In this document: positions 61,477 to 64,000 of the stretch, piece by piece
How the letters are laid out: each line of letters starts with the position of its first letter
Numbering within the stretch: position 1 is the first letter of the stretch
Source of the DNA: Azolla caroliniana
Lineage: Eukaryota; Plantae; Polypodiophyta
Assembly (NCBI GenBank): GCA_043228905.1
Contig: JBHGNT010000014.1
Span: 16,988,001 to 17,052,000 of the forward strand
Length of the DNA stretch: 64,000 nt
Direction of reading: 5' to 3'
Position numbers and translations under genes: made by a program
The notes under the pieces: model-generated
Database searches by the model: none
What the model was told of the DNA's origin: nothing
The model's input: only the letters and a program-made list of their open reading frames with translations

Positions 61477-61680
61477 CTTGAGAATCTCGCATGTGCCAAA
61501 AACCAGATTCTCTCGTCTCTTTTCTTTTCATCCTATTTACTTTTATATTTACTGTGTAATATTTACTTTATTTTGATTTGTTCTCGAAGACGAGAAAACA
61601 TTTAAGATGTAATCTCTTATTTGGTCTTATAGGCCATTTTGGCCTCTTAAAAGACGTTAATATATCTTTCTTTCTTTCTT

Positions 61681-62172
61681 TATCCCCATCACTCCTACTA
61701 ATGCTACATGTCAATCAAGGGCTACACAAATTGGCTCTCGACCAGGACATAATAAAGGGGTTACAATAGATTGGGCAATAGTAATTTATCGTGCACATAG
61801 GCCCTAGCCCCATTGACCACGATCTCAACAGCCTTGTCATGGACAGATAAAGCCCATTATCTCCCACCATCGCAGGTGCTTCCTCGGTTTGGAGACCTCT
61901 CCATTCTAAATCAACCTATGCTAGAGATCTTTCGAAGACAAAAGCTACAATATACCTAACTTGAGGATCTCACATGTGCCAAAAACCAGATTCCCTCATT
62001 AATTTTCTTTTCATGTTATTTACTTTTATATTTACTGTGTAATATTTATTTTATTTTGATTTGTTCTCAAAGCCGAGACAACACTTAAGATGTAATCTCT
62101 TATTTGGTCTTATAGGCCATTTTGGCCTCTTAAAAGACGTTAATATATCTTTCTTTCTTTCTTTCTTTCTCT
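61681..62172 (+). mobile_element. Second RTE-X-like LINE 3' fragment abutting the long copy
   Basis: Repeats ~61200-61680 with divergence and has its own TTTC tail. Confidence 0.9.
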
Positions 62173-62224
62173 TTATTTGTACAAGTCAGACAGTAATTGC
62201 ACAGGTGGGGTCACTACTAAGACA

Positions 62225-62620
62225 CTAAAAAAGGATTACAATAGCCGAGGCAATATCGATATGCCATACACATTATTCATGACCATGAGAATAGTTTGGA
62301 TGCATGAGAATTCTGGACCATGTTCCATCACCCTCGTCATTGACAAATGGAGGTCAGTTTTCACTTGGTCCTGAAGGTGCTTCCATTGCTTGGAGATCTT
62401 TGCATCTTGGAGTGACCCATGTAAGAGATTTTCTGAAGACAAGTTTGTCTATCTACATTTGAAATCTTAATTCTGGTGATATGTAGATAGATTCTTTAGT
62501 ACCCTTTGTTTAGTTACATTGTTGAGTTTTTTTCAATGGTGACAAAATATTGTAAAATGTAGTATCTATTTTTGTCTTATAGGTCATTTTGGGCTCTTAA
62601 AAGATGTTAATATAGCATTG
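62225..62620 (+). mobile_element. Highly decayed RTE-X-like LINE 3' fragment
   Basis: Ends GTCTTATAGGTCATTTTGGGCTCTTAAAAGATGTTAATATA. Confidence 0.7.
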
Positions 62621-62677
62621 TTTTTTTCTCGAAAAAAAAGGAAGAATTAGAACTGATAGGCTTTTCAGTGTTATTTC

Positions 62678-62809
62678 GTAAGAATGCAAGACCTAAGATG
62701 TTATATGTTGTGAATGACCTAATTTTCATTAGATGACTAATTGGTAAGAATGCAAGACCTAAGATGTTGTATGTTGTGAATGAACTAATTTTCATTAGAT
62801 GACTAATTG
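62678..62809. repeat. Tandem duplication, 2 x 66 bp
   Basis: Units start at 62678 and 62744. Confidence 0.9.
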
Positions 62810-63156
62810 AACATTAACATTATCATTTTCTTCAACATTGGTAACTGGAATCATAGTTTGTAATATTCGCATGTCCAGTTTAGTAGACGTATGCGAACGT
62901 TTGCATACGTTCACGTATGATACGTGATATTCGTTTCCCTTTTTGGGTTTTTTTTTTGTGATATACGTGTGTCGCAAGTCTGAGAAGGACCAAACGAACA
63001 AGGAGTGCGACCTCCACCCGCGGCTCTCCTCCTACTATCTTTGCAGCTGGACCAACCGATCATGTTCATCTTCTGCGCCATCTCCCTTTCTGCAGAAGAT
63101 GAACATGATGAAGAAGGATGGTGGAGCAACAACCATGATGATGATGATGGCGGAGC

Positions 63157-63494
63157 TAGCAATGGGCGTGGTTCGGTTTCGGTTCGGTTCGGTTTCTTGG
63201 CCTTGAAACCAAACCATTTATTTATACTGAACCGTTTAAACCAAACCGTCTATGAAAAATTTAGAACCAAACCAAATCAGTTTAGGGTTTGAAATTCAAA
63301 ACCGAACTGCTAAACCATGAAATTCACAACCGAACCGAACCGAAACCGATAAACCATGAAATTCAAAACCAAACCGAACTGGATCATAATATTTGAAACC
63401 AAACAAAATGGTTTATTTATCTTTCAACCAATAAACCGTTAAGCCATGGCTTAACGGTTCGGTTCAGTTTGAGGCGAAACCGTGCCCATTGCTA
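63157..63494. mobile_element. hAT-type MITE
   Basis: TIRs TAGCAATGGGC / GCCCATTGCTA, many subterminal AACCG/CGGTT motifs, degenerate 8-bp TSD GGCGGAGC / GGTGCAGC. Confidence 0.8.
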
Positions 63495-64000
63495 GGTGCA
63501 GCAACAACTATGGCTCCTTCTGGCGACCCCCAAACTGAACCCCCCCCCCCTATTCCTCTACCCAATCATCATCCCATCTGTGTGCCTGAGAAACTTTGTG
63601 ATAGCTCCACTTATACCCCCAAATCTAGAGGTCCCTTCTGATTGATTTGAGGGAGAGAGAGAGATGGATGGATGTGGTTGCCTTTCAATGTGCTCCAGAT
63701 GGGGAGGAGCCATGGCATGGAAGGCAGAGAAGAGGGTCTGAAGAACAGAGTGAATGGAAAACCAGAGCAGGGGGGATTGGGTAAACAGAAAAAACAGAAC
63801 AAAACAAAGAAACAAAGTAGTAAAAGGAAGCAAACAAATAAATCCCCCATCAGTGTCCAACCACCCCCTAACAAGGGTAGGTCCATGTACATTACACATT
63901 GCAAACATCTGATTTGGCAACGGGCATCTTTTGGTGGGTTTAACAAAAGGCCCAAGGATGATTAACTTTATTCAATTATCCATGAATATTGAACTTCCCA

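Larger units (their letters stand above)
56465..61680 (+). mobile_element. Near full-length RTE-X-like non-LTR retrotransposon (ORF1 + ORF2)
   Basis: (TC)n 5' UTR, ORF1, APE-RT-zinc finger ORF2, 3' stem-loop and (TTTC)n tail. The 5' boundary is approximate, and the clade call rests on recalled motifs. Confidence 0.9.

Noticed and set aside
62943-63292. Short ORFs as candidate next GMI1 exons
   Set aside because: No GMI1-like sequence or convincing splice sites, and they run into the MITE.

Overview
Eukaryotic land-plant DNA. A non-seed plant is my inference from the TE lineages and the large TE-filled introns; it is not proven. The window holds the 5' ~1170 codons of one multi-exon gene on the + strand, a GMI1/SMCHD1-like GHKL-ATPase gene. 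It has 31 phase-consistent coding exons (10663-53594), and the SMC-hinge end lies beyond the window. Upstream is a degenerate Ty3/gypsy element (544-7720, tRNA-Trp PBS) that split an old hAT transposase; it has a predicted -1 frameshift and pseudoknot between protease and RT. The introns carry two young Copia elements with TG...TA LTRs, an Athila-like gypsy element (29608-44709) with one Copia nested in its integrase, more than a dozen copies of one RTE-X-like LINE family (one nearly full length), an L1 remnant and a hAT-type MITE. The most unusual signal is in the Athila-like element: it has no polypurine tract but an inward-facing tRNA-Arg primer-binding site beside each LTR, which suggests tRNA priming of both DNA strands. 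It also carries an extra ~990-codon ORF.
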